From an uncultured bacterium (GTDB taxonomy: Bacteria; SAR324; NAC60-12), in contig CAXGMD010000008.1 in assembly GCA_964010765.1 (NCBI GenBank), positions 1 through 62,993 on the forward strand: a stretch of DNA of 62,993 nucleotides. Direction: 5' to 3'. Shown piece by piece: positions 29,930-40,211 of this stretch (positions are counted from its first letter, which is position 1; each line of letters starts with the position of its first letter). The position numbers and the translations under genes are program-made. Under the pieces are notes generated by a model. The model saw only the letters and a program-made list of their open reading frames with translations. It had not been told where the DNA came from and searched no databases.

Positions 29930-30118
29930 CTAGCTTAAGATGAGTATCTGTACCGCTAGCGAGCAGGCGAAACAGACTACGCCCATTGCAACAAACATTG
30001 CCGGTTGGTAGGGATTCCAGCCGCGCCGTGATGCCGGTTGGTAACGACGGACAATCATCCGTTGGCTGAGGGAATCTGAAGAATGGTGGGTGTCCTGAAA
30101 CTTTCTTTGCTGATTCAT
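29930..30118 (-). CDS. Small hypothetical membrane protein
   Basis: 62 aa, ATG start after aaggt, C-terminal hydrophobic helix; stop lies 6 bp before the DHH gene start. Confidence 0.45.
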   Translation of the reverse strand: MNQQRKFQDTHHSSDSLSQRMIVRRYQPASRRGWNPYQPAMFVAMGVVCFACSLAVQILILS

Positions 30119-30233
30119 GGGACCTTGCTGGCAAATCCTATTTGCAAATCGAGTGAGTTTGTCTTAGCAGACTCAGTTTAGATATATTCTGCAAAAGAAA
30201 AGCCAAGCATTTTGAACCTGCATTTTGAAGGAT

Positions 30234-31328
30234 TTATCCTTCAAGGTCTGCAAGTTTTTTGTTGCGATTGCGCAACCAATGATCCAGCAGAACAAGATTT
30301 ATCATTGCTTCAACCATGGGTACGGCTCTGGGCAAGACACAAGGATCATGACGGCCTTTAGCTCTCAATTCAGTACTCTCGCCTTCACGAGTAACAGTCT
30401 CTTGGGCAAAATTGATCGTTGCTGTGGGTTTAAAAGCTACTCTCAGGTCGATAGCTTCGCCATTACTAATGCCGCCCTGAATACCACCAGATCGGTTCGT
30501 ATCAGTTCGAATACGCCCATCTTCTGTGTGAAAACGATCATTGTGTTCTGATCCACGCATCAGGACAGAATCGAACCCAAGGCCAAATTCCACACCACGA
30601 GTCGCTGGGAGCGACATCATTGCTTTCGCCAAATCTGAAGTCAGTTTGTCAAAAACAGGCTCGCCTAGTCCAGGAGGAGCATTTCTGATCTGGGCTCGGA
30701 TCAGACCACCGACGCTATCTCCAGACATCCGAGCTTTGTCGATACAAGCGATCATTTGCTCAGTGATCTCTTGATCTGGGCAGCGAACCATACTGGCTTC
30801 GACTTGTTCCAAGGTCACACTCGCAGGATCCATAGTGGTTCGGAGGTCATGGATTTGTTCAACCCATGCCAAGGTTTCGATACCTCCCAGTTGTTGCAGC
30901 AACTTGCGGGCGATGGCACCGGCTGCAACCCGACCTATTGTTTCACGTGCACTGGCTCGACCACCACCTTGCCAATTCCGGAAACCATACTTTTGATCGT
31001 AGGTAAAATCAGCATGACTTGGACGATAGATCTCTTTTAGATGATCATAAGCTTGTGGGCGGGCGTCTTGGTTATCCACCATGATGGAGATGGCAGTTCC
31101 AGTAGTTTTTCCTTCAAAAATACCTGAAAGAATTTTAGCAGTATCGGATTCCTTACGCTGTGTTGTAATCTTACTCTGCCCCGGTTTTCTCCGATCCAGT
31201 TCACCTTGAATGTCTTCCAAATCAATCTGCAACCCTGCTGGGCAGCCATCAATCACGACACCCACACCGCCACCATGAGACTCACCCCAAGTTGTGATTC
31301 GAAAGGTGTGACCAAAACTATCGCCCAT
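30234..31328 (-). CDS. aroC: Chorismate synthase
   Basis: [41 protein letters not shown]. Confidence 0.96.
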   Translation of the reverse strand: MGDSFGHTFRITTWGESHGGGVGVVIDGCPAGLQIDLEDIQGELDRRKPGQSKITTQRKESDTAKILSGIFEGKTTGTAISIMVDNQDARPQAYDHLKEIYRPSHADFTYDQKYGFRNWQGGGRASARETIGRVAAGAIARKLLQQLGGIETLAWVEQIHDLRTTMDPASVTLEQVEASMVRCPDQEITEQMIACIDKARMSGDSVGGLIRAQIRNAPPGLGEPVFDKLTSDLAKAMMSLPATRGVEFGLGFDSVLMRGSEHNDRFHTEDGRIRTDTNRSGGIQGGISNGEAIDLRVAFKPTATINFAQETVTREGESTELRAKGRHDPCVLPRAVPMVEAMINLVLLDHWLRNRNKKLADLEG

Positions 31329-31415
31329 TTTTATCCCTTTTCGGTATGATCGTATTCTTGGAAATTATATTCTGATGGATTGATAATCCTTCGACTTCAT
31401 CTATTCAAGAGAGCT

Positions 31416-31730
31416 ATGCGAATCCAACAAAGCATCGAAAACAAACTTCAAAATCAATTGGAACCCGAGTTTCTTCAAGTGGAGAATGAGAGCCATCAAC
31501 ACAACGTTCCCTCAGGATCGGAATCTCATTTTAAGGTGACAATCGTCTCTGCTGCTTTTGAAGGAATTAATTCTGTCAAGAGGCATCAACAGGTCTACCG
31601 TGTGTTGCAGGAAGAATTACAAGGCGGGGTTCATGCCCTCTCGCTCCGTTGCCACACTCCAACCCAGTGGTCAGAGTTAGGCGAACAGATTCATCTAACT
31701 CCTCACTGCCGAGGAGGCAGCGGGCACTAG
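31416..31730 (+). CDS. bolA: BolA family protein
   Basis: NESHQHNVP, ESHFKVTIVS, RHQQVY, GVHALS, PHCRGG. ATG at 31416 preferred. Confidence 0.92.
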   Translation: MRIQQSIENKLQNQLEPEFLQVENESHQHNVPSGSESHFKVTIVSAAFEGINSVKRHQQVYRVLQEELQGGVHALSLRCHTPTQWSELGEQIHLTPHCRGGSGH

Positions 31731-34477
31731 TTATTGTCCTCTTCTTCAGCGGCCTCAGCGGCCTGGGTTTTCCCATGACACTGCTTGTATTTTTTTCCAC
31801 TGCCACAGGGACAGGGATCGTTCCGGCCAATATGCACTTTCTGGATGGGAGTCGGTTTCAGTTCCTCTGGCTTTGTATCAGGACTTTCTCCATGCACCAT
31901 CGTCATCTTTTGCTCAGGCATGGTTTCCTGAATTGGCCGCACCGGACTTGGACCAACCTGAATTTTGTAGAAGAGGCTGACGGCTTCTCGGCTGATTCGA
32001 GCCATCAGGTCTGAGAACATGTCGAAAGCCTGACGCTTATATTCGTCCAAAGGCTTCTTTTGAGCGTAACCAACTAGGCTGATACCCTCGCGGAGGTGGT
32101 CCATTGAAAGCAGGTGGTCTTTCCAGAGTCCATCATTGATCTTGAGAAGAATCTGACGTTCAAGATCAACTACCATCGCATCGAACCGAGCAGCCTGATC
32201 TTTTTCTTCTTCATTAACCCCAGCAGCGGCTTGTTCAGCAGCAAGGTTTTGACCTAGTTCGCTGTGGAAATACGTCAGTTTTTCTCGGTAAAGATCCTCG
32301 ACTTGCTGATGGAACTGTTCCCTGAATTCCTCAGCATCAAGCTCTTGTTCGTGCCAATTTTCCTTGGGTAGTTTGCCAAAAATATTGGAGAACGCCTGAT
32401 TAAATCCTGATGCATCCCACTGATCTACGTACTTTTCACTACAGTGCTGATCAAATAACTCATCCACGACATCACCAGACATTTCTAGCATCAGTTCCTG
32501 TACAGAATCTCCCAGGATTTCTTTTCTACGCGAGTAAATGATGGATCTTTGCTTTTCCATCACATCGTCGAACTGCAGAACATGTTTTCGGATGTCAAAG
32601 TGGTACCCTTCCACCTTTTTCTGGGCATTGCCAATGGCCTTGGTAATGAAGACATGCTCAATCGGCTCATCCTCATCAATTTGAAGCCGATCCATCATTT
32701 TGGAGATTCGTTCGCCTCCAAATACCCTGAGCAGATTGTCTTCTAGGGAGAGCATGAATTGAGAGGAACCTGCGTCACCTTGGCGTCCGGATCTTCCTCG
32801 TAGCTGATTGTCAATCCTTCGACTATCGTGACGCCCCGTCCCCAAAACGAAGAGTCCACCTTCCTGAAGTGCTTCCGAGGAGGGTTTAATATCGGTTCCC
32901 CGCCCCGCCATATTCGTTGCTATGGTGACAGACTTAACTTGACCTGCTTTGGCAATGATTTCTGCTTCACGTTCATGATTTTTGGCGTTCAAAACTTCAT
33001 GTGGGATCTTGGCTTGGCTTAGTAGTTTGCTGATTGCTTCTGAGACTTCAATGGATACGGTACCCACCAATACAGGTTGTCCTTTTTCGTGAAGTTCTTT
33101 GATGGTACTGACCACTGCACGATATTTCGCTTCTACCGTTTTGAAGATCACATCAGGTAGATCTTTTCTCGTCACGACTCGGTTTGTTGGAATAACAACT
33201 ACACCCAAGTTGTAGATTTTTTTGAACTCGTCTTTTTCTGTTTCAGCCGTTCCGGTCATTCCGGAGAGTTTGTCGTACAGACGGAAATAATTTTGGAAGG
33301 TGATGGTTGCAAGAGTTTGATTTTCACGCTCAATCCGAACTCCTTCCTTGGCTTCCAAGGATTGATGCAAACCATCACTGAAGCGACGCCCTGGCATTAG
33401 GCGACCAGTGAACTCATCGACGATCACAACCTGTCCCTTTTGAACTACGTAATCGACGTCACGGCGGAAAACATAATGTGCTTTCAGTGCCTGATTGATA
33501 TGGTGCAGCACCTCCATATTCTCATAATCGAATAGGCTAGTGTCAGGTTGAAGTAAGTGTTTCACACGCTCCTCCATCAACTCCGAACCTTTTTCTGTGA
33601 GGTTAATACCGCGGGATCGCTCATCTAATCCATAATCACCCTCACGGACCGTCTCATTGTCCTCTTTCTCCTGCCAATTTGGATCGATATCGTGTTGTTC
33701 ATGGGTTGGAAGTTTGGGTACTTCTTCACGGCGGATTTCACGGTTCAGTCCATGGACCAGTTTGTTGATGACGTAGTATTTTTCGACATTGTCTTCTGTT
33801 GGTCCACTGATGATCAGAGGAGTTCGGGCTTCATCAATCAGAATACTGTCCACCTCATCAACAACGCCAAAATTAAACCCCCGCTGAACGTAATCTGTCA
33901 GCGCGAACTTCATGTTGTCACGTAGATAGTCAAAGCCGAATTCGTTATTTGTTCCGTACGTGATGTCACATCCATAGTTGTCACGGCGACTTTGGTCACT
34001 ATACCCATGCTGGATCAGGCCTGTATTCATTCCGAGGAATCGATAAATTTGCCCCATCCAGTTGGAATCACGACGTGCAAGGTAGTCATTTGGCGTGATC
34101 ACATGCACGCCAAGTCCGGTCAAAGCGTTCAAGTAGACGGGGCAAGTTGATGCGAGGGTTTTTCCTTCTCCAGTCTGCATCTCAGCAATGTTGCCTTCAT
34201 GTAGAGCAATTCCCCCAATCAACTGAACATCATAATGTCGTTCCCCGATGACTCGCCTAGCTGCTTCACGGACCAAGGCAAAGGCTTCTGGGAGCAAGTC
34301 GTCAAGTGCTTCTCCATCTTTGTGTCTTTTTTGATATTCCTCGGTCTTATTTGGGAAATCAGCATCTTGCAACTGCTCCATCTGTGGTTCCAGTTCATTG
34401 ATGCGGACCACCAGACGGCGGTAGCGTTTGAGGGTGCGATCGTTTTCGCTACCGAAGATCTTTTGGATCAGTTTCAT
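31727..34477 (-). CDS. secA: Preprotein translocase ATPase SecA
   Basis: TGEGKTL, DEVDSILIDEARTPLIIS, ATNMAGRGTDI, C-terminal GRNDPCPCGSGKKYKQCH. Confidence 0.97.
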   Translation of the reverse strand: MKLIQKIFGSENDRTLKRYRRLVVRINELEPQMEQLQDADFPNKTEEYQKRHKDGEALDDLLPEAFALVREAARRVIGERHYDVQLIGGIALHEGNIAEMQTGEGKTLASTCPVYLNALTGLGVHVITPNDYLARRDSNWMGQIYRFLGMNTGLIQHGYSDQSRRDNYGCDITYGTNNEFGFDYLRDNMKFALTDYVQRGFNFGVVDEVDSILIDEARTPLIISGPTEDNVEKYYVINKLVHGLNREIRREEVPKLPTHEQHDIDPNWQEKEDNETVREGDYGLDERSRGINLTEKGSELMEERVKHLLQPDTSLFDYENMEVLHHINQALKAHYVFRRDVDYVVQKGQVVIVDEFTGRLMPGRRFSDGLHQSLEAKEGVRIERENQTLATITFQNYFRLYDKLSGMTGTAETEKDEFKKIYNLGVVVIPTNRVVTRKDLPDVIFKTVEAKYRAVVSTIKELHEKGQPVLVGTVSIEVSEAISKLLSQAKIPHEVLNAKNHEREAEIIAKAGQVKSVTIATNMAGRGTDIKPSSEALQEGGLFVLGTGRHDSRRIDNQLRGRSGRQGDAGSSQFMLSLEDNLLRVFGGERISKMMDRLQIDEDEPIEHVFITKAIGNAQKKVEGYHFDIRKHVLQFDDVMEKQRSIIYSRRKEILGDSVQELMLEMSGDVVDELFDQHCSEKYVDQWDASGFNQAFSNIFGKLPKENWHEQELDAEEFREQFHQQVEDLYREKLTYFHSELGQNLAAEQAAAGVNEEEKDQAARFDAMVVDLERQILLKINDGLWKDHLLSMDHLREGISLVGYAQKKPLDEYKRQAFDMFSDLMARISREAVSLFYKIQVGPSPVRPIQETMPEQKMTMVHGESPDTKPEELKPTPIQKVHIGRNDPCPCGSGKKYKQCHGKTQAAEAAEEEDNN

Positions 34478-34555
34478 GGCTTCCTAAATGTGCGAAACAC
34501 CAAGACAAGAAATCAGGGCTTTCGCCAGATTTGGTGAGGGCCTGAGGCGAGTTCA

Positions 34556-35416
34556 CTAGGTTTGAATAAGCAGATTGTCGATCAAACGAGTATTACCTAC
34601 AAACGCTGCAACCATCAAGCAGACATTTCCGTTAAATTGTGAAACCGGTTGAAGTGATTCTGCATCAACGAAGCTGAGGTAATCGATCTTGATTTGAGGT
34701 ACCGCATTCAGTTGGCTTTTAAGGGTTTGGGAAAGTACCTCTAGATTTTGCTTTGGTTTATTTTGAATGATTGCTGCGGCCTGCTGCAATGTTTGGTAAA
34801 GGAGTGGGGCTACTTTTCGCTCTTCTGAATCAAGATACGAGTTACGTGAGCTCATTGCCAACCCATCCTCCTCCCGCACAGTGGGAAATGCTTGAATTTC
34901 AATTTGAAAGTCAAGGTCACTCACCATTTGACGTACTACTTGGAGTTGCTGAAAATCCTTTTGACCAAAAATTGCGAAAGTAGGTTGGGTAATTTGGAAT
35001 AACTTACAGACGACAGTGCAGACCCCACGAAAAAAATGTGGACGACTCCTGCCTTCCCATCTTTCGACTAGTGGTCCGCTGGGAACGACATAAGTGGAAA
35101 AACTATTGGGATAGAGGTCCGTTACGTTGGGTGCAAAGATCTGGGTTGCCCCAGCTAATTGGGCCCTCTCAATATCACTGGCCAAGCTCCTAGGATAACT
35201 TTCGAGGTCTTCTTTGGCAGCAAACTGTGTGGGATTGACAAAGATCGAAACGGCGACTTCCTCTGCACAGTGGGCAGCATGCCGAATCAATTGAAGATGC
35301 CCCTCATGGAGAGCTCCCATTGTCGGAACTAGTCCAACAGGGTTCCTCCAATTTTGCCTCAGTAAACGAAGATCTTTGGACGTTTTGATTGGTACAAGTG
35401 AAGTTGATGAAGTCAT
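34556..35416 (-). CDS. panC: Pantoate--beta-alanine ligase
   Basis: PTMGALHEGH, SIFVNPTQF, FGQKDFQQ, GLAMSSRN, RLIDN. Confidence 0.96.
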   Translation of the reverse strand: MTSSTSLVPIKTSKDLRLLRQNWRNPVGLVPTMGALHEGHLQLIRHAAHCAEEVAVSIFVNPTQFAAKEDLESYPRSLASDIERAQLAGATQIFAPNVTDLYPNSFSTYVVPSGPLVERWEGRSRPHFFRGVCTVVCKLFQITQPTFAIFGQKDFQQLQVVRQMVSDLDFQIEIQAFPTVREEDGLAMSSRNSYLDSEERKVAPLLYQTLQQAAAIIQNKPKQNLEVLSQTLKSQLNAVPQIKIDYLSFVDAESLQPVSQFNGNVCLMVAAFVGNTRLIDNLLIQT

Positions 35417-35662
35417 TAATACAAAGCAAATTGGAATGGGGTGGTGTTAGCCCTTAGTAAGTAATCTCATAATGGAACTAGCAGATTGTTTGGTAACAGC
35501 AAGCCGTACCCCTTTTGTGGTTTGAAATATCTGGGTATTCGTAGTAAATGATCGTTTCATTTGATGAATATTTTGTGACTAATTGTTACGGAACACCTTA
35601 TCGCAAAATTAAATTTATTCGTTGATTCCATCTAAATGAAAATTTCTTGTCGAGATTAGCCA

Positions 35663-36175
35663 ATGAACCATCGCATCCTGGTGATTGATGATGATCCGAA
35701 GATTCTAGAAACCTGTCAGATGATTCTGGCTCCAGAGACATCAAAAGCTGGGGAAGAACTAGAATCTATGGCAGGTGAGTTGTTTGAGGAAGAAGTAGAG
35801 AATGGTCCAGATGAAACCCTGAATATCAAATTTGAAGTAACGACAGCTAATGAGGGAAAGATTGGAGTTGATGAGGTTGGTAAAGCTCTACAAGCTGAAC
35901 AACCATTTACGATGGCATTTGTTGATATCCGGATGCCTTACGGAATTGATGGTCTCGAAACCGCTCGTCAGATTTTGAGTATTGATCCGGATATGGAAAT
36001 TATTATTCTTACCGGATACTCAGACACCCCACGCCAAAGTATGGCTCGGCAATTGGGTGTCAGTAATTTTCAATTGCTAAAAAAACCGTTTGATCCTGAT
36101 GAATTGATGCAAATGGCTCAGTTCTTGGCTCATCGACATGATATGCATCAGCGCAGAGGTGAGCAAAGCAAATGA
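35663..36175 (+). CDS. Stand-alone response regulator receiver (paralog 1)
   Basis: ILVIDDD, AFVDIRMP, ILTGYS, LLKKPFD; acidic insertion after helix 1. Confidence 0.88.
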   Translation: MNHRILVIDDDPKILETCQMILAPETSKAGEELESMAGELFEEEVENGPDETLNIKFEVTTANEGKIGVDEVGKALQAEQPFTMAFVDIRMPYGIDGLETARQILSIDPDMEIIILTGYSDTPRQSMARQLGVSNFQLLKKPFDPDELMQMAQFLAHRHDMHQRRGEQSK

Positions 36176-36210
36176 GAAAAAACATGAACAATGTTTAGGA
36201 GTTTTCAGCT

Positions 36211-36699
36211 ATGCGTGTCTTAGTAATTGATGATGATCCTAATATTCTGGAGACCTGCCGCTTTATTCTTGGAGATGAGGATCAAAGCGCAAAACAGGAT
36301 TTGCAGATGATGGCTAGTGCTCTCTTCGATAATGTAGAGGAAGTGGAAGAAGAGATGGCCAGTAACTTTGAGGTGACTACGGTCAATCAGGGTTTGTTGG
36401 CTTTGGATGAAGCAAGTAACGCAATTAGCGAGGGCAACCCTTATCAAATTGCGACCATTGACATGCGGATGCCACCGGGAATCAATGGTCTGGAGACCGC
36501 GAAGCGCTTGATTGAAATTGATCCCTCCATCGAAATTGTGATTGTGACAGCCTACTCTGACACCTCAAGAATGAGCATGGCCAAGGAACTAGGTGACGGT
36601 CGATTTTTACTGTTGAAAAAACCTTTTGATCCAGACGAACTAACCCAAATCGTTCAATTTTTGGCAAATCGAAGAGACAAAGAATTCTTGGAGAATTAA
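36211..36699 (+). CDS. Stand-alone response regulator receiver (paralog 2)
   Basis: VLVIDDD, ATIDMRMPPG, IVTAYS, LLKKPFD; aggag RBS. Confidence 0.88.
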   Translation: MRVLVIDDDPNILETCRFILGDEDQSAKQDLQMMASALFDNVEEVEEEMASNFEVTTVNQGLLALDEASNAISEGNPYQIATIDMRMPPGINGLETAKRLIEIDPSIEIVIVTAYSDTSRMSMAKELGDGRFLLLKKPFDPDELTQIVQFLANRRDKEFLEN

Positions 36700-36756
36700 A
36701 AGTTGCTCACTAAAGCCGAAGTGCAAAATGCATAGCGATACTGAAGGTAGTCCCTC

Positions 36757-38106
36757 ATGACTCATCGGATTCTCGTAATTGATGACGATCCAAAAATACT
36801 AGAGACTTGCCGTTCAGTTCTGGCACCGGAAGCCAACGTGGCAGGAGAGGAATTGCAGGCCATGGCAGATTCCCTCTTCGGTACTCAGCGAGTGGCTCCG
36901 GAAGAAGGCGTCGGCAAAGTACGTCAACACTTTGAAGTAACCACGGTTAACCAAGGGTTGCTGGGCTTGGATGAAGCAGTCAGGGCGAACAAAATTGGCC
37001 AACCGTTTTCAATTGCCTTCATCGATATGCGAATGCCTCCAGGCATTGATGGCCTAGAAACTGCGGAGCGGCTTGTCACGATTGATCCGTATATTGAAAT
37101 TGTGATCGTTACAGCTTACTCAGACACATCTCGTCAGAACATGGCTGATCAACTTGGTGACAGCAGGTTCTTACTGCTAAAGAAGCCATTTGATCCAGAC
37201 GAATTGACCCAGATGGCCCAGTTTCTCATCTACAGACGAGAAATTGACCAATTGAACAGAGCGTATGAGCGTTTTGTCCCCAAGGAATTCCTAAAACTGT
37301 TGAACAAGGAAAACATTCTGGAAGTGCAGATTGGTGATCACGCCGAAATGCCTATGTCCGTTCTCTTCTCAGATATTCGCTCCTTCACATCCCTCTCCGA
37401 ACGTCTTTCGCCTGCAGAAAATTTTCGCTTCATCAATTCCTACCTTGGATTGATGGGACCGGTAATCCGGAGGAATCGAGGCATCATCGACAAGTTTATT
37501 GGTGATGCAATCATGGCACTGTTCCAAGTGGAACCAGACGATGCTGTGCGTGGAGCCCTTGAAATGATTCGTTCGCTTCGCTGGTACAACCAGGGCCGTT
37601 CACGTGCAGGTTATTCATCGGTGCGAATCGGGATTGGTATTCATAGTGGGAATGTGATGCTGGGGACTATTGGGGAGCACTACCGAATGGAGAGCTCCGT
37701 GGTAAGTGATGCCGTCAATCTGGCTTCTCGCATTGAAATGCTAACCAAGCCTTTTAAGACCGATCTGTTGATTAGTGAAGGTACATACAACGGTCTGAAA
37801 GACCCGAGTCAGTACATGATTCGCCTAGTAGACATGCGCAAGGTGAGAGGTCGAAGTTTGCTGGTCAAACTTTATGAGGTTTTTGACGAGGAATACGAGG
37901 ACTTGCGGGAGTTCAAAAAAGAAAATTTAGAACTGTTTGAGCTAGCGGTGAAATCATTTCACGCTTCAGAATTTGAGGGTGCTCGCTCCCAATTTGAGCA
38001 TCTGGCTTCAATGGGAGTTGAGGATAGCCTTGTGGAGCTTTACTTGGAACGCCTTAAACACATCGCTGAATATGGTGATGATGCCCCGATTGATGAGCAT
38101 TTCTAA
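36757..38106 (+). CDS. Receiver-domain class III adenylate cyclase
   Basis: Receiver paralog 3 followed by FSDIRSFT, IDKFIGDAIM, GIGIHSG, SDAVNLASRIE, VRGR. Confidence 0.9.
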   Translation: MTHRILVIDDDPKILETCRSVLAPEANVAGEELQAMADSLFGTQRVAPEEGVGKVRQHFEVTTVNQGLLGLDEAVRANKIGQPFSIAFIDMRMPPGIDGLETAERLVTIDPYIEIVIVTAYSDTSRQNMADQLGDSRFLLLKKPFDPDELTQMAQFLIYRREIDQLNRAYERFVPKEFLKLLNKENILEVQIGDHAEMPMSVLFSDIRSFTSLSERLSPAENFRFINSYLGLMGPVIRRNRGIIDKFIGDAIMALFQVEPDDAVRGALEMIRSLRWYNQGRSRAGYSSVRIGIGIHSGNVMLGTIGEHYRMESSVVSDAVNLASRIEMLTKPFKTDLLISEGTYNGLKDPSQYMIRLVDMRKVRGRSLLVKLYEVFDEEYEDLREFKKENLELFELAVKSFHASEFEGARSQFEHLASMGVEDSLVELYLERLKHIAEYGDDAPIDEHF

Positions 38107-38138
38107 GCCAATCCGAATCTTTTAAATCAGCTGAGTTC

Positions 38139-40136
38139 TTGATGAAGTTTGTTCGAAGCCTACAAAACGAGATTGTAATTTCGTTTATCCTACTCGCTAT
38201 GTTTCCAAGCCTCATTGGAGGCGTAGTGACTCTGATTTATTTTCAGAACATGATGGAGAAGGAAGCGCAACAAAATCTGGAACATGTGGCAGAACTATGG
38301 GCTCTGGCATCTGACCAGTGGTATCAAAATGCGGCAAAAGATATTCGACAGTTAGCCAATGCCCCCAATCTATGGCAGGCGGAAGCATTTGCACAAAGAA
38401 GCCTCTTTGAACCAGACCACTATGCTGGGATCTGGCAACTGAACTCGGAAGGCCAGTTGCTGCAAACGATCAAAGCAGGTGAATTGCCAGAAGAAACGGT
38501 ATGGGAAACTCTTAAGGAATTCAATCAAGCTGAGCTTGGCCCTCTGCAGCTGCTCAAATCAGGAACAATTGCGCTACCGATTCGGGTAGAAGTAGCTAAT
38601 GAGGGTCTGGTTGGTCCAGGTCAGGCCAATTCGAAACTGTTAGCTCTGCTCAGCAGTCAATCGATAGTGGAGTTGTTTACAGCAAGATATCAAGACGGAC
38701 AAAGCAGAGGATTTCTTGCCGATTCAGCGGGGAATTTACTCTCGTTTATGCCTGATAGAAGTCTGTCTGAAGAAACTTGGCAGTTGATTGAAAACTGTCG
38801 TGACCAGATCACTGGATCTGGGGTTGTGGTGAATGACTTCGGTGATGATGTAGTGACAGCTTTTCGCTGGCTAGGCTATCCGAATGCTTGCCTAGTTATA
38901 GAAGTCGATCGGGAAATCGCTATTGGCAAGCTTGGTGTACGTTTGCCTATACTAGTAACTCTGATCTTCGGAATCATCATTGGAATTTCGCTGTTAGGAG
39001 TTCGTTTTCTGAGTCGTCACTTGATGCAGCCTATTCATGAACTCGTCGGTATTGTCAATCAGGTTGCAGATGGAGATTTCACCTCTCGGCCTAAGGAAAG
39101 TCAATTAGTAGAGATCAAGAAGCTTCATCGAGCTTTTACGGATATGGCGAATAGCTTAGAAACCTACAACCGTTACCTTGAAGAGCGGGTTTCCCAGCGT
39201 ACCTTGGAATTGAATGAAAAAAATCTACAACTTCGCGAAACCATGCGCTTGCTCGATGAAGAAAAGAAAAAGCAGGTACAGCAGGCATACAACGCAGGTA
39301 TTGTTGAACACGCAATCAGTGTTCTGCACAACATCGGGAACGCTATTACCCCGCTAGCGGTCCGACTGCAAAAGCTTCATCAAAATAAGGCAGAATCCCA
39401 GTTTTCCAGCTATCTCCAACAATTATGTAGTTTGTTGGAACAGCACCAGGGTGACCTGGGAGATTTTTTCAGTTCTCCCCGCGGTCAACAGTTTCTGCCA
39501 TTCCTCAAGCAACTCACGCAAACTTCTGACCAACAGAAAGTGGATGAACTTAAGTCGATGGATGTGATGGCCCATCAGCTTGATCACATCACGGAAATCA
39601 TTGCTTTGCAGCAGAAGTATGCTACGCAGCAGTCGCAGACTGAAGAGATTCAGATTGCGCAGGTGATTGATGATGCCATGGAAATGATGAAGCCAGCATT
39701 CGATAAACGAAACATCATGGTCATCGAAGAAGTTCAACCAGAGCTACCAAAAATTCAAAATGATCCAAACAAGCTCGTTCAGATCTTTATGAATTTGTTC
39801 AAGAACAGCATTGAGAGCATTGATCAGTGTCTGCGTGCCCCCAAAGACGGGTATCAGGGGAGGGTCAGAGTGGGAGCTACGATCCTGGGAAGCGATCAAC
39901 TTCAGATGTATGTGGAAGATAACGGCCAAGGTGCTGAACCAGAGTCCCTGAAGCGGGCCTTTGAATTTGGATACTCCACTAAAAAGCGTGGTTCTGGTTT
40001 TGGTTTGCACGATTGCGCAAATTTTATACGTTTTCACAAGGGTATCGTTGAGTTGACCTCCGAGGGGGTTGGAAAGGGGGCAAAGATCACTTTCACTCTT
40101 CCAATCACCAAATCAAAAAACGAAACAGAAGTCTAA
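38139..40136 (+). CDS. Membrane sensor histidine kinase (periplasmic Cache-like, HAMP, HisKA, HATPase)
   Basis: Two TM helices, HAMP (QPIHELV...VADGDF), H-box VLHNIGN, NLFKNSIE, EDNGQG, GSGFGL. Confidence 0.87.
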   Translation: MMKFVRSLQNEIVISFILLAMFPSLIGGVVTLIYFQNMMEKEAQQNLEHVAELWALASDQWYQNAAKDIRQLANAPNLWQAEAFAQRSLFEPDHYAGIWQLNSEGQLLQTIKAGELPEETVWETLKEFNQAELGPLQLLKSGTIALPIRVEVANEGLVGPGQANSKLLALLSSQSIVELFTARYQDGQSRGFLADSAGNLLSFMPDRSLSEETWQLIENCRDQITGSGVVVNDFGDDVVTAFRWLGYPNACLVIEVDREIAIGKLGVRLPILVTLIFGIIIGISLLGVRFLSRHLMQPIHELVGIVNQVADGDFTSRPKESQLVEIKKLHRAFTDMANSLETYNRYLEERVSQRTLELNEKNLQLRETMRLLDEEKKKQVQQAYNAGIVEHAISVLHNIGNAITPLAVRLQKLHQNKAESQFSSYLQQLCSLLEQHQGDLGDFFSSPRGQQFLPFLKQLTQTSDQQKVDELKSMDVMAHQLDHITEIIALQQKYATQQSQTEEIQIAQVIDDAMEMMKPAFDKRNIMVIEEVQPELPKIQNDPNKLVQIFMNLFKNSIESIDQCLRAPKDGYQGRVRVGATILGSDQLQMYVEDNGQGAEPESLKRAFEFGYSTKKRGSGFGLHDCANFIRFHKGIVELTSEGVGKGAKITFTLPITKSKNETEV

Positions 40137-40211
40137 GAGATCTATCAAATTTGACGCTTTCATTTCCCAATTTTAGAAATCAATAGATGTGGACAGATAG
40201 GTAATCAGTTC

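Noticed and set aside
35631..35656. Sigma28-like taaa...gtcgagat upstream of the first receiver
   Set aside because: The spacer is 12 bp rather than ~15 and the -10 match is poor.
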